Source: a virus (lineage: Duplodnaviria; Caudoviricetes). From it: DNA of 64,000 nucleotides. Positions within the stretch are counted from its first letter, which is position 1; every line of letters begins with the position of its first letter. Below are positions 18,640 through 28,350 of this stretch, piece by piece. The notes under the pieces were generated by a model. It was not told where the DNA came from, did not search any database, and was given only the letters and a program-made list of their open reading frames with translations. The DNA is taken from positions 17,542 through 81,541 of the IMG/VR virus record IMGVR_UViG_2706796489_000001; one strand, given 5' to 3'. The translations under genes were made by a program, and so were the position numbers.

Positions 18640-20253
18640 ATGCGCAACATCATCGCAACCGAATTGAGCCGTGCCGGCGCTGCCCAGAACGCGGTGGTGC
18701 TGGCCAAGGGCTTCATGAAGTTCCTGGACCGGCACACGGGTCTTGACCCGGATACTGGCCCCGCCGCCAACGTCGTCATCAACCCGATGGGCATTGCCGC
18801 ACACAACCTCCAGAACGCAATCTCCGCGCTGGGCTGGCCAGGCGGCGCGGCCTGGGCCGACCACAACGTGGACTTGATCCAAGGCTACTTCTTCATGTGG
18901 CAGGCCACGGGAGATCGCCTCTACTTCGACCGCTTCCTGGCGGCGGTCGATGGCTACCGCGTGGGCTTCTACGCCGGCCAGGAGATCCCGAGCCAGCGCA
19001 GCATCTGGCGCGCCAACTACCTGCTCAACAGCAAGCGCCTGTACACGAACAGCGGCCAGACGGTGCCGCGTGGCGCGCCGTTCGACGTGCCTGGTGGCAT
19101 CCCCACGCCCGTGGCCAACCCCAGCTCGGCCACGATGGGGAACTTCCCGCGCACCGACCTGAAGTTCGCGGAGATCCTGACGCTGGCCTATCCGAAGACC
19201 CAGCGCCAGGACCACCAGGCCATGCCGCCCTCGGTCTTTCTGACCGTGACCGATTTCGTGTCCAACCTGCGCGACGGCAACGGCGGTGTAGCGCTGCCCT
19301 ACACGCCTGGTGCTGCACCCGCGAGCCTCGGTGCTTCGCCGCGCCTCATGCGCCGCGACAACTGGTCCGGCATGTGCGACACGGCCTATCAGCATCCGGC
19401 GACCTACGCGCTGCTGGGCGCGGAAGCCGAGTACCTGAACGTGGCCCAGATGTACAACGATAGCCAGCTGGCCTACCGCGACAAGTCCGGCATCCTCGGT
19501 CCTTTCGCCACGCGGTTCAACTGGAACCGGCCGGACAACACGGCCGGCGTGAACGTCTGGACCATGACCGACCGGCCCGAGGACAATGCCGCGACCTTCT
19601 ACGGCGCAGCGCGCTTGTGGGAAACGATGGTGGTCAATGGCATCACGCCGCCTGTGACGTTGACCGCGACGTGCCAGCAGTACGTGACCTGGCTCACCAG
19701 CTTTCTCCAGGCGAACGCGGGCAAGACCCCGAACGTCTTTCCGACGAACTGGGCCGCGCCTTCGACTACGGGGGACGACGCGACCATCGCGGCCCTGCAT
19801 CTGTCTGGTGTGGTGAGCATGGCGCGTGCTGGCGTGGCCACGAGCGCGTTGGCCGGCTTGATGCGAGCTTGCTACCTCTCGATCAAGGCCAACTACACCA
19901 AGATGGACCCTTCCTCGACGCACGCGGACATGAGCGGGACCATCGGTCCTGATCCGTCGCAAGGCTACTTCTTCACGGGAGTGGGCGGCATCGTCCTGCG
20001 AGCGCTGGGCCAGTACGCATCGTGGGCGACTCGTCGTGCTCCGGCGTTCACGCGCCCCGTGGTGCAAAGCCGATTCTTGCTGGAATCGGGCGCGGGTCGC
20101 ATCCGCCTGGTAGATGGAAACCGAATCATGAAGGAACAGGGCTACGTGCCGAAGCCTCCTGTGGTCAAGTTCCGGTTGATGCTGGAAGGCGGGGACTCGG
20201 CGCTACTACGCCAGCCGGCAAGCGGCACTGGCAACCTGATGCTTGAGCCATAA
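18640..20253 (+). CDS. Putative virion-associated glycoside-hydrolase-like helical protein
   Basis: 537 aa; GY..MWQATGDRLYF...FYAGQEIP...WRANYLLN resembles phage appendage hydrolase-like proteins (recognised by eye only). Confidence 0.45.
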   Translation: MRNIIATELSRAGAAQNAVVLAKGFMKFLDRHTGLDPDTGPAANVVINPMGIAAHNLQNAISALGWPGGAAWADHNVDLIQGYFFMWQATGDRLYFDRFLAAVDGYRVGFYAGQEIPSQRSIWRANYLLNSKRLYTNSGQTVPRGAPFDVPGGIPTPVANPSSATMGNFPRTDLKFAEILTLAYPKTQRQDHQAMPPSVFLTVTDFVSNLRDGNGGVALPYTPGAAPASLGASPRLMRRDNWSGMCDTAYQHPATYALLGAEAEYLNVAQMYNDSQLAYRDKSGILGPFATRFNWNRPDNTAGVNVWTMTDRPEDNAATFYGAARLWETMVVNGITPPVTLTATCQQYVTWLTSFLQANAGKTPNVFPTNWAAPSTTGDDATIAALHLSGVVSMARAGVATSALAGLMRACYLSIKANYTKMDPSSTHADMSGTIGPDPSQGYFFTGVGGIVLRALGQYASWATRRAPAFTRPVVQSRFLLESGAGRIRLVDGNRIMKEQGYVPKPPVVKFRLMLEGGDSALLRQPASGTGNLMLEP

Positions 20254-20285
20254 GAAAAAGCCCCGGATCTCTCCGGGGCTTTTTC
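20254..20285. terminator. Bidirectional intrinsic terminator between convergent blocks
   Basis: GAAAAAGCCCCGGA-TCTC-TCCGGGGCTTTTTC. Confidence 0.9.
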
Positions 20286-20293
20286 ATTCACGC

Positions 20294-21586
20294 TTAGACG
20301 ATGATGTGTCGCCGGATCGTGAGTTGGGCAATCTGCACCCAGATCTCGCTGTCGATGTCGGTGATGTTGGAGTTGCCCAGCAGCACCTGGAGGTGCGCCG
20401 CGTTCTCCGGCACCACGACCGAAAGGATGATGGTTCCATCTTCCTCGTCCAGCCCGTTGGTGGCCATCAGGAACTCGGTCGTGACCCCGCCCCAGCTGGA
20501 GTTGGCATAGTAGAGCGCCAGCATGTTGTTCCAGCTACCATCGGGGAGCGTGGTCGGCGTGCTGGTGGCCTTGAGCTTGACGCGCACCGTGATGTCCAGG
20601 ATCTCACCCGGAGTCACGTCCATCGCGCCGATGGTGGCCGGCGAGGACTCCCCGGCCGAACTCAGGCGCGCCACACGTTGCCAGCGGCCCCGGATGTCGG
20701 GGTCATTGGCCACCAGCGTGCAGATGCCATCCGGGCCGGGGTTCACGCCAGCGGCGGCGCCTGCGGTTCCGCTGTCGGTGGCGAACAGCCCACCCGGGAA
20801 GACGTTGTACGGGTCGTTGTCGTAGGTCGTCAGCGCCGTCACACCATCGGCTTCTTGCAGCGCGCCCGCGAACTTCGGATCTTTCAGCGCGTAGGCCGCG
20901 AGCAAGCCGCAACCATGCGCCGTCAGGTGGGTCAGATCGTAGGAGGCCTTGACCGGAAAGATCTTCCAGCCCGTGGGATCTTGCAGCGCGGCGTTCGCGT
21001 CGATCATCGGGTAGCCGGTCTGGTTGCGCAGCATCTGGATCTTGTAGTTCCAGCGCGTGAGCGTGGCTTCGCTACCCGGCAAGTCCCCACGCGGCGGCAC
21101 GGTCCACAGCACGGGCTTGATGCCGACGCTGTCGAGCGCGGCGCACATCCGCTTGACGGCGGCGATGCCGTCGTCCACGGCGGTGTTGTCCTGGAAGTTG
21201 TTGGAGCCGACCGCGATCACGCACAGGCGCGGCGGCGGGTCCATGGCCAACACGCCGCTCAACTGCGTGCTCTCGGCCTGCTGGGCGGTCTGGCCACCAA
21301 CAGCGTTCTCGCCCCGGAAGCGCAGGCGCTGGTGCGAGAGGAAGCACAGGCGGTAGAGCCAGCCCTTGCGCTGGACGCGACCGTCAGCGGTGAGGGAATC
21401 CCCGATGGCCGTGATGCCGATGTGCTGGCGCGTGGTGCCGTAGGGGGCTTGGGTCTTGACGTAGGTGGAGAGGACGGATTCAGGCACGTTGGCGTTCTTT
21501 TCAGGGTTGCCATTCAGCGCAACCAGACGAGTCGTCGGGCCGATGCTGGTGACATTGGGTTGCTGGGAGAGGTATTCATCAGCCAT
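20294..21586 (-). CDS. SGNH/GDSL esterase, probably virion-associated
   Basis: Block I GDSLT, block III GSNN, block V DLTH; beta-rich C-terminal domain. Confidence 0.85.
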   Translation of the reverse strand: MADEYLSQQPNVTSIGPTTRLVALNGNPEKNANVPESVLSTYVKTQAPYGTTRQHIGITAIGDSLTADGRVQRKGWLYRLCFLSHQRLRFRGENAVGGQTAQQAESTQLSGVLAMDPPPRLCVIAVGSNNFQDNTAVDDGIAAVKRMCAALDSVGIKPVLWTVPPRGDLPGSEATLTRWNYKIQMLRNQTGYPMIDANAALQDPTGWKIFPVKASYDLTHLTAHGCGLLAAYALKDPKFAGALQEADGVTALTTYDNDPYNVFPGGLFATDSGTAGAAAGVNPGPDGICTLVANDPDIRGRWQRVARLSSAGESSPATIGAMDVTPGEILDITVRVKLKATSTPTTLPDGSWNNMLALYYANSSWGGVTTEFLMATNGLDEEDGTIILSVVVPENAAHLQVLLGNSNITDIDSEIWVQIAQLTIRRHIIV

Positions 21587-21639
21587 TTAGGCGACTCCAT
21601 CGGGTTAAGGCCGTTGGCCGGATAGCGGATAGGTGCAAG

Positions 21640-21646
21640 GATTTTA
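21640..21646 (-). promoter_or_regulatory. Putative late-promoter element TAAAATC
   Basis: Lies between terminator and SGNH start; same heptamer as at 11927. Confidence 0.25.
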
Positions 21647-21691
21647 CTTCGGAGACCGAGAAGGTGTAAGGATTTATCATGCGCGAAACGA

Positions 21692-21722
21692 CAAAAAGCC
21701 CGCCACCGAAAGGTGGCGGGCT
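21692..21722 (-). terminator. Intrinsic terminator of the replication/nucleotide operon
   Basis: AGCCCGCCACC-TTTC-GGTGGCGGGCT then TTTTTGT on - strand. Confidence 0.85.
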
Positions 21723-21735
21723 AGGGGTTGAACCG

Positions 21736-22359
21736 CTACGACGCCAGCACTTCGGCGTAGATGCGGTTCATGGCGGCGCGCAGTTCGTCTTGCTCGTTCT
21801 TCTGGTTGATGATGACGTGATCGAACAGTTCATCGGGCAGCGGGATCTCGGAGACGTGCGACGTGTCCGGTTGAGGTGCCCACGGCGCGACGACCTTCAC
21901 GAACGTCGTGTCGAACGTCTGCTCCAGCATGTCGTACTCGGTGCCGAAGCGAAGATCGTCCACGAGGATGACATGGCCAGGGCTGACACGATGATGCTGT
22001 TCGATCTTGAGCTGGGCCAGGCGCGTCCAGATGAGCGGGTGGATGAGGTTGCGCCCCCACTCGGTTCCCATGGTTTGCTGGAGACGACGCGGCGTGATCC
22101 CGAACAGCTCCTTGATGGGGAGCGACTTCATCATCGCGTCTTCCATCGAGTGGATCGCCGCGTCAGGGGAATCCCCCATGTAGATCAAGAGCGTGGCCAG
22201 CATGTTCTTGATCGGCGCGGCGAACTTCACCACATCCAGGCCGTGCGCCGAGACCAGGTGCTTGGTTGAAGTGGTCTTGCCGTGGGAGGCCGCGCCATGG
22301 ATGGCGATGACTTTGATGGGGCTACGACGTTCCCCAACAGCGCAGGTTGAGTCAGTCAT
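21736..22359 (-). CDS. Deoxynucleoside monophosphate kinase
   Basis: P-loop GAASHGKTT, FAAPIK, TPRRLQQTMGTEWGR, VDDLRF. Confidence 0.9.
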   Translation of the reverse strand: MTDSTCAVGERRSPIKVIAIHGAASHGKTTSTKHLVSAHGLDVVKFAAPIKNMLATLLIYMGDSPDAAIHSMEDAMMKSLPIKELFGITPRRLQQTMGTEWGRNLIHPLIWTRLAQLKIEQHHRVSPGHVILVDDLRFGTEYDMLEQTFDTTFVKVVAPWAPQPDTSHVSEIPLPDELFDHVIINQKNEQDELRAAMNRIYAEVLAS

Positions 22360-23674
22360 TACTCGACCCCCCAGAATCGCTCCCAGCGCCCGAACTGGAC
22401 GAGGGAGAGGGGTCAGCTTGGGTGGAGCTGGAAAACGCATCCTGGATCTCCTGGAGCGGTTTGACGGGGGCGTCGTGAAAATGCGGGTCCAGCGGGTACG
22501 GATAGCCGCCTCGGCCCTTCGTTTCCGTCCTGATATCTTTGTGGAAAGTCAAGCCACCATGGTCACTTGACTTCTCCAGCGATTCCTGAACACGAATCGC
22601 GCCGAACGGAAGGATGAACTCCGCGCCAGGCTGGCCGCTCAGGGGGTTGGGGTCGGGTGCGCCGACCGCCGATACCCGGCCGCGTGTGAACGTGGTGGTG
22701 ATCGGCAGCTCGGCCGTTCCCAGGTTACGCAACACGTTCTGTTGCATGTGACGCTGGACCAGCTCCTTGCCGCGAGCGTGCAGGGCGTGCTCTTCCGGCG
22801 ACCAGCTGCGGCGCAGGATCATCGGCTGGTGGTTGGACGCGAGATCTCGCTGGAGCGCTTCAGCCTCGACCTGGTAGCGGTATTGCCGCCAGCCACGCAG
22901 GTTGCCGAACTGCATCTCGGTGCCGCCCATGGGCCGGCACTGGTGCTCGGTGGGCGACGAGTGAACCGGCCGCGACGAGACGAGATGGTCATGACGCTGG
23001 AACTCTTTGTCGTACTGCGCGTTGCCGTCGAACGGTGCAAAGCTCACGCGGGCGCAGCGCGCCGTCGAGAGCTTGAGCTGGCTGGCCAGCGGGATATCAC
23101 GGCGTTCTTTCTCGGTGACGTATGGCAAGTGCCATTCATCGAAGCCCAGCGGGGTCGGCGTCGAGACATCGAGCGCCGTCATGATCTCGATGGCCAGATC
23201 CTGGATGGTCGGGTCGGCGTCAGGGTGGCAGCGCAGTTGTTCCCAGTTGCTCCAGTCGGTCGAAGTGACCAGCGTGTTCATGTACTGGTACGGCTCGGTG
23301 ACGCGGTTGGCCACTTGCTTGTGCGCGCCCAGCTTCATCATGATCCACGAGCCGAAGGCCGAGATCTTGGCCAGCGCGAGCCAAGTAGCCTTCACGCCCC
23401 ACAGTCGCCAGCCGGTCAGCTCTTCACCGGCCTGCATGCCGGGTTGATTGCGGCCCCACGAGACCGGCGCGGCCGGCTCGCGGCGGATCTGCCGCAGCAT
23501 CTTGGCAGTCGGGATAGCCCGCGACGAACCCGCGTTGCGGCTGAAGGCGCGGTGGGTCATGAACTCGGCGTGAACGATGCGCGGATATCGCAGCGCCAGC
23601 GTGGTCACGCGGAGGCCAGCAGGCGAGATCGAATCTTCGATGACGACTGCGGTGATGGTAGGTTTAAGGTTCAT
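22352..23674 (-). CDS. thyX: Flavin-dependent thymidylate synthase with C-terminal extension
   Basis: THRAFSRNAGSSRAIP, HKQVANR, STARCARVS, HSSPTEH motifs. Confidence 0.88.
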   Translation of the reverse strand: MNLKPTITAVVIEDSISPAGLRVTTLALRYPRIVHAEFMTHRAFSRNAGSSRAIPTAKMLRQIRREPAAPVSWGRNQPGMQAGEELTGWRLWGVKATWLALAKISAFGSWIMMKLGAHKQVANRVTEPYQYMNTLVTSTDWSNWEQLRCHPDADPTIQDLAIEIMTALDVSTPTPLGFDEWHLPYVTEKERRDIPLASQLKLSTARCARVSFAPFDGNAQYDKEFQRHDHLVSSRPVHSSPTEHQCRPMGGTEMQFGNLRGWRQYRYQVEAEALQRDLASNHQPMILRRSWSPEEHALHARGKELVQRHMQQNVLRNLGTAELPITTTFTRGRVSAVGAPDPNPLSGQPGAEFILPFGAIRVQESLEKSSDHGGLTFHKDIRTETKGRGGYPYPLDPHFHDAPVKPLQEIQDAFSSSTQADPSPSSSSGAGSDSGGSSND

Positions 23675-23733
23675 ATGTCCTCTTGTTGAAAGACCCGCCG
23701 CCGCCCCGGGCGACGGGTGGCCTGCCGATGGGA

Positions 23734-24348
23734 TTACGACTCGGTGTGAGCAGCACCATCCTTGTCGGCACGCGCTTCAGCCGCTTGGTCCGAGTAGCCG
23801 CTGGCGCCGTAGCGTGCGGTCTTGCCCGAGAGCAGCTTTTCGTTGTTGGCGATGAACAGCTGTTCGAGCGTGAAGCCCAGCAGCTCGGCGGTCATGTTGA
23901 TGAGGTACAGCAGCTGGCCGAAGAGGATGGCCAGGTCGGCGCGGCCGTTGACCAGGTGTTCGTCCGAGCGCAGCGCCAGGCCGGCCAGCGCGCCCGTGAC
24001 CGAACCCATCATGAAGGTCAGCTTGGCCAGGCGGTCGGTCAAGGTGTCTTCTTCCTGGAACGCGATGGGGGCCATGATCATGCGCATGTCTTCGCCGGCC
24101 GCATCGAAGCCGATGCCGATGTACCAGCAGCTGTCGTGCAGCTCTTCGAACATGCCCTGGCGCGGCGTGGGTTCGCCTTCCTTGCGCGCCGTGTCGGCGT
24201 CCTTGCCGTAGATGGCCACGCGCTTGACCTGGCTGGCGAATTCACCGACCTCGGTGAAGCAGCCGATGATGGCATGACGCAGGCGCTTGGGCAGCGGGAA
24301 CGGCTTCTCGGTTTGCAGAGCGCCTTGTTGGTAGGTTTTGATGTCCAT
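23734..24348 (-). CDS. MazG-like nucleotide pyrophosphohydrolase
   Basis: EVGEF...KR...EELHDSCWY; N.EKL..RY motif. Confidence 0.75.
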   Translation of the reverse strand: MDIKTYQQGALQTEKPFPLPKRLRHAIIGCFTEVGEFASQVKRVAIYGKDADTARKEGEPTPRQGMFEELHDSCWYIGIGFDAAGEDMRMIMAPIAFQEEDTLTDRLAKLTFMMGSVTGALAGLALRSDEHLVNGRADLAILFGQLLYLINMTAELLGFTLEQLFIANNEKLLSGKTARYGASGYSDQAAEARADKDGAAHTES

Positions 24349-24692
24349 TAGTATGCCTCTTTTTCAGCGGTGAACCACTTGGTTCTGGGTTGGGAGATAA
24401 CGGGTACTGCGTACTGGATGATGTAGTCGCCATCACGCGCCTGCACCATCGAGATCTTGCCTTCATCGTGGGAGACACGCACCTTGGCAAGGATCGGTTG
24501 ATCGACCTCCGGCCAGCTGCGCTCCCACGCCTTCTTGCGCGAGACGATGCGATGGATGTTGTCGGGAGCGCCCCAGCCCCGCATCGCTGTCTCTTTGATC
24601 ACAGTCACCACCTCGGTGATCGTGACCCCCAATTGTTGCACTATGGTCTGGGGACCATAGCCCTTTTCAAGAAGTTGTTTTATGTTTGTCAT
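24348..24692 (-). CDS. Hypothetical protein, possible N-terminal HTH
   Basis: Start MTNIKQ overlaps Rad50 stop; coupled. Confidence 0.6.
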   Translation of the reverse strand: MTNIKQLLEKGYGPQTIVQQLGVTITEVVTVIKETAMRGWGAPDNIHRIVSRKKAWERSWPEVDQPILAKVRVSHDEGKISMVQARDGDYIIQYAVPVISQPRTKWFTAEKEAY

Positions 24693-26701
24693 TGCTTCAA
24701 CGGCAACTCGTAGATGTGATCTGCAATCGGCCGCTTGTGAGTTACCAGGATGACTTGCCGGATGTTGGGTGACAAGCGGCGCAGACACTCCGCAGTGAAG
24801 GCAGCTCGTTCCTCGTCCATCCCTTCGTCCACTTCATCCGCTTGGAAAGACGAGAAGATGTTGTTGGTCATGATCTGCCCAAGGCCGATACGGATGGCCA
24901 AGTTGGCCACGGCCTTGCCCGAGCCGGACAACGTAGCGATGTCCGACCCATCAACCTGGATGTCAAAGTCCTCCGAGATGGTGATGTTGTTGCGAACGCC
25001 GCCCGTCATCTGAGAGAGCAAAAGGGACGACACCTGATTCAAGGAAGGCACCAAGAACGACTTGATGACCACCTTGGCTTCCTGCACTGCCAGGCGGGCG
25101 CGAGCCAGCCCATCAGCTTCTTCCAAGATCGAATCTTTCAACGCGACCTTGGCTTCGTAGTCGGCCAGCGTGGTGGCGAACGCGGCGATCTCGATGTCGT
25201 ATTGCTTCACATGCGCCAGGCGCGTGATCAGCGACTCGACCTCGGCTTCCGAGTTCTCCAGCTCCACCATGCGTGCTTGCTTGCGCGGGTAGTCGGCCAT
25301 GAAGTTGTTGTAGACGCGCTGCTGTTCGTTGAACGAGACCATGGCCGCGTCGAACTCGCGGCGCGTGCGCAAGTCCGCAGCGCGATCCGGCATGGCTTCA
25401 AGACGAAGCGTCAGCTCTTCCAGCTCGACCATGGTCTCCGACAGCAGCTTGCTGGCCGCTTCCATGGCCTCTTCATACTCCAGCGAAGCCTGATTGAAGT
25501 CGGTCTCGGCCTTCGCCTCGTCGTACTCGTGCTGTTCCTTCATGCGCTCCCAACGCAACGCATGATCCTTACCCAGCTGTTCGATAACAGCTTCGTTGGA
25601 CACGACCTTGGCCTCGGCGTTGATCTGCGCCAGCGTGAGCGCCGGAGCTTCGCATTCCACGACGGCCTTCCAGTCGGGGTGCTCCAGCTCTTCGGCCACC
25701 GGCCAGTGATGCGCGCAGGCGGGGCAGACGTGCTCACCGCGCTCGATCAGCTTCTGCTTGGACAGCCAGGCCTGGTGCTGGTGGTGCTGGGAGCGCAGCT
25801 CGTCCAGCTCGGCCGGCGTGTACTTCGGCACAACCAGCTCGGGCAGCTTCAGCTCGGGGAAGACCAGATCCGGCACCACACGCTTGACGGGCTTGGAGAG
25901 CGCGTCGCGGGCCTGCATGCGCCGTTGGGCGGTGGCGCTCGCCTCCAGCACCTGGCCGCGCAGCACCTGGCGCTCGTCAATCAGCAGCTGAAGGGTGTCC
26001 ACCGTCTCCAGCACGCTGGAGACGGGCTGCTGCGGCTCGACAGGCACCGTGGCCAGCTCGGCCTTCAGGCGCCGGAACTCGTCCACCAGCGGGCGCGCCT
26101 GGGTCAGCTGTTCGACCAAGACCACTTCGGGCAAGTAGTCCTGGGGCTGCTGCGGCTCCTGCGGCCGGACCAGCACCTCGGCCATGCCCTCGGCGCGGCG
26201 GCGCTTCTCCAGCGCTTCCTTGCCCAGGTCATCAGCGATGCCGTCCAGGATGTGCAGGCCGATGGTCTGGTCCACCAGCTTCTTGCGCTCGGCCGGCAGC
26301 GAGTCCGACAGCTTCTCGATCTGGCCTTGCAGGCAGGCGTTGGCCATGGCGTAGACGGGGTAGCCGTAGCCGAACAGTTCCACGATGCGCTGGTTGACGG
26401 GCTTGGTGCCAGTGGCCATCGGCTCACCCGCGTTGTCGTAGATCGTGGCGTTCTTGAGCGTGCGTTCGACGCGGTAGCGGTTGCCCCGGGCCGTGAATTC
26501 CAGCTCGACGTTCAGGTCTTTCTTGTAGCCCGTGGCCGACACGCGCAGCGCCTGCACACCCCACAGGGCGAAGGCGATCATCTCCAGGATGACCGACTTG
26601 CCGGACTCGTTCTTGCCGATGATCGCGGTCTGGCCTTCACCGAATTCGAGCGTGGTGTCGTCGTGGCGGTAGCCGTTCTGAATGCGGATCTTATGCAGCA
26701 T
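24689..26701 (-). CDS. Rad50/SbcC-like ATPase
   Basis: Walker A GKNESGKS, coiled coil with CPAC zinc hook, LSGSG signature, ADEVDE Walker B, VTH H-loop. Confidence 0.92.
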   Translation of the reverse strand: MLHKIRIQNGYRHDDTTLEFGEGQTAIIGKNESGKSVILEMIAFALWGVQALRVSATGYKKDLNVELEFTARGNRYRVERTLKNATIYDNAGEPMATGTKPVNQRIVELFGYGYPVYAMANACLQGQIEKLSDSLPAERKKLVDQTIGLHILDGIADDLGKEALEKRRRAEGMAEVLVRPQEPQQPQDYLPEVVLVEQLTQARPLVDEFRRLKAELATVPVEPQQPVSSVLETVDTLQLLIDERQVLRGQVLEASATAQRRMQARDALSKPVKRVVPDLVFPELKLPELVVPKYTPAELDELRSQHHQHQAWLSKQKLIERGEHVCPACAHHWPVAEELEHPDWKAVVECEAPALTLAQINAEAKVVSNEAVIEQLGKDHALRWERMKEQHEYDEAKAETDFNQASLEYEEAMEAASKLLSETMVELEELTLRLEAMPDRAADLRTRREFDAAMVSFNEQQRVYNNFMADYPRKQARMVELENSEAEVESLITRLAHVKQYDIEIAAFATTLADYEAKVALKDSILEEADGLARARLAVQEAKVVIKSFLVPSLNQVSSLLLSQMTGGVRNNITISEDFDIQVDGSDIATLSGSGKAVANLAIRIGLGQIMTNNIFSSFQADEVDEGMDEERAAFTAECLRRLSPNIRQVILVTHKRPIADHIYELPLKQ

Positions 26702-27701
26702 TGTGGCGCTCCTTGTACATGGCCAGCGTCTTGTCAGCGATGGCTTGCGGCACCTCGTGCTTGGCGAGGCAACGCGAGATAACGTCGATGGTGTCGAACG
26801 ACTCGGCTTGGACGGAGATGTCCACGAAGTCCTCGCCGTTGTTCTGGATCAGCTTGGTGGTGATCGCCCAGGCGTCGATGGCGAAGTCCACCTTCTCGCC
26901 AGGCTTGAGCGCGATGCGCAGCGCCTTGTCATGGAAGAAGGTCGGATCTTCGGCCACCTTGGCGCGCACGTCTTCCAGCGCCAGGGTGATGTACTTCTCG
27001 CCATCCTGGTCTTCACCGTGGGAGTACGGCTGCATCGACCCGGTGTAGAGGATCTTCACGTCGCCCATCTCGTACTCACAAGCATTGTGGTCATGACCCG
27101 AGACCAGGAACTTGCAGTACGGTCGCAGCTCGGTGAGCGGGATGCAGTTGTGCGGCTCGTCATCGAACGTCACGCGATCCCAGTGGCCCACGCACATATC
27201 GAATTCGTAGCCTTGCTCGGTGAGCAGCTTGGCTTGCTCACGCGAGTTGCGAAACGGATGCCAGGGCAACAGGCCGATGCGCAGCACCGAGTCGTGGAAC
27301 ACCAGGATTTCGGGGTCGTCCTCGGTGATGATCAGGCGGTCGCCCGATTCGATCATGCGGGCCAGGATGGCATAAGACGACACCTTGCCCACGTCACGCG
27401 AGGCATCGTGGTTGCCACGAATCACGACGATGTGCAGGTCGTCATGGTTCATGTAGGCGTCCATGAGGACGTTGAAGAAGTCCATCACGACGGAGTTGGG
27501 GACGGCGAACTGGTCGAACACGTCACCCACGATGATGGCCACGTCCAGGCCTTCGGTGTTCAGCTCTTCTTCCAGCTGCACCCACTGGCTGGCTTCGCGC
27601 TCGCCACGGCGGTCCAGCGGAACGCCGGTTTCAAACTTGCGGCCAAGGTGGGGATCTCCGATCAACCCGATCTTCTTGCCATGCAGTTCAATGATCTTCA
27701 T
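26691..27701 (-). CDS. Mre11/SbcD-like metallophosphoesterase nuclease
   Basis: GDPHLG, GDVFD, GNHD, GHWD, SGHDH, YTGS motifs. Confidence 0.92.
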   Translation of the reverse strand: MKIIELHGKKIGLIGDPHLGRKFETGVPLDRRGEREASQWVQLEEELNTEGLDVAIIVGDVFDQFAVPNSVVMDFFNVLMDAYMNHDDLHIVVIRGNHDASRDVGKVSSYAILARMIESGDRLIITEDDPEILVFHDSVLRIGLLPWHPFRNSREQAKLLTEQGYEFDMCVGHWDRVTFDDEPHNCIPLTELRPYCKFLVSGHDHNACEYEMGDVKILYTGSMQPYSHGEDQDGEKYITLALEDVRAKVAEDPTFFHDKALRIALKPGEKVDFAIDAWAITTKLIQNNGEDFVDISVQAESFDTIDVISRCLAKHEVPQAIADKTLAMYKERHNAA

Positions 27702-27715
27702 GTCTTGGTTTCCGG

Positions 27716-27747
27716 TAAAAAGCCCTCGGTGTTTTACGCCGAGGGCT
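27716..27747 (-). terminator. Intrinsic terminator
   Basis: AGCCCTCGG stem and complement, followed by TTTTA on - strand. Confidence 0.7.
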
Positions 27748-27765
27748 GTACTGCGTTGTTGAAGG

Positions 27766-28350
27766 CTAGAGTTCGAAGGCCGGGTGCGGCGTCGAATGAG
27801 CCTTGGCGGCGAGCAGCACCTTGATCTGGTGCAGCACGTCGTGCAGCGCGTTGTGGGCGTCACCTTCGAACGGGATGAGGCTTTCCAGCGCCGGGGGATC
27901 TTGCGGGTAGTAGCGACCACGCAGGAACGAGTTCATGTCGTTGGTCATGCGGAAGTGGAACGGGTTGCCCACGCCGAATTCCTTGAAATAGGATTCCAGG
28001 AACGGGTATTCGAAGTGCGACGGCTTGGCCCACAGGCGCGGCTGATCGTTGTAGGGATCGAGGTCGGCTTGAACCCAGTCGCGGAAAGCGTTGACCACCA
28101 CGTTCGGCTTCTCGCCACGGCCCATGATCGAGAGCAGCAGATCCTTCTTGTCTTTCATCCACCAGCTGCGGGTGTCTTCTTGCCAGAAGCGCGTCGGCGG
28201 CATCATCAGGCAGCGGTCGAACATATGCGGCGAGACGGTGCCTTCGGCCAGGTTGAACTTGACGGCGGCGATCTGAATGATCGCGGTCGTTTCCGGCTGC
28301 GTGCCAGTGGTTTCCAAGTCAACCATAACGTCGGGGAACAGTTGAGTCAT
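27766..28350 (-). CDS. DEDDh 3'-5' exonuclease
   Basis: MVDLETTG...HNALHD. Confidence 0.88.
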   Translation of the reverse strand: MTQLFPDVMVDLETTGTQPETTAIIQIAAVKFNLAEGTVSPHMFDRCLMMPPTRFWQEDTRSWWMKDKKDLLLSIMGRGEKPNVVVNAFRDWVQADLDPYNDQPRLWAKPSHFEYPFLESYFKEFGVGNPFHFRMTNDMNSFLRGRYYPQDPPALESLIPFEGDAHNALHDVLHQIKVLLAAKAHSTPHPAFEL

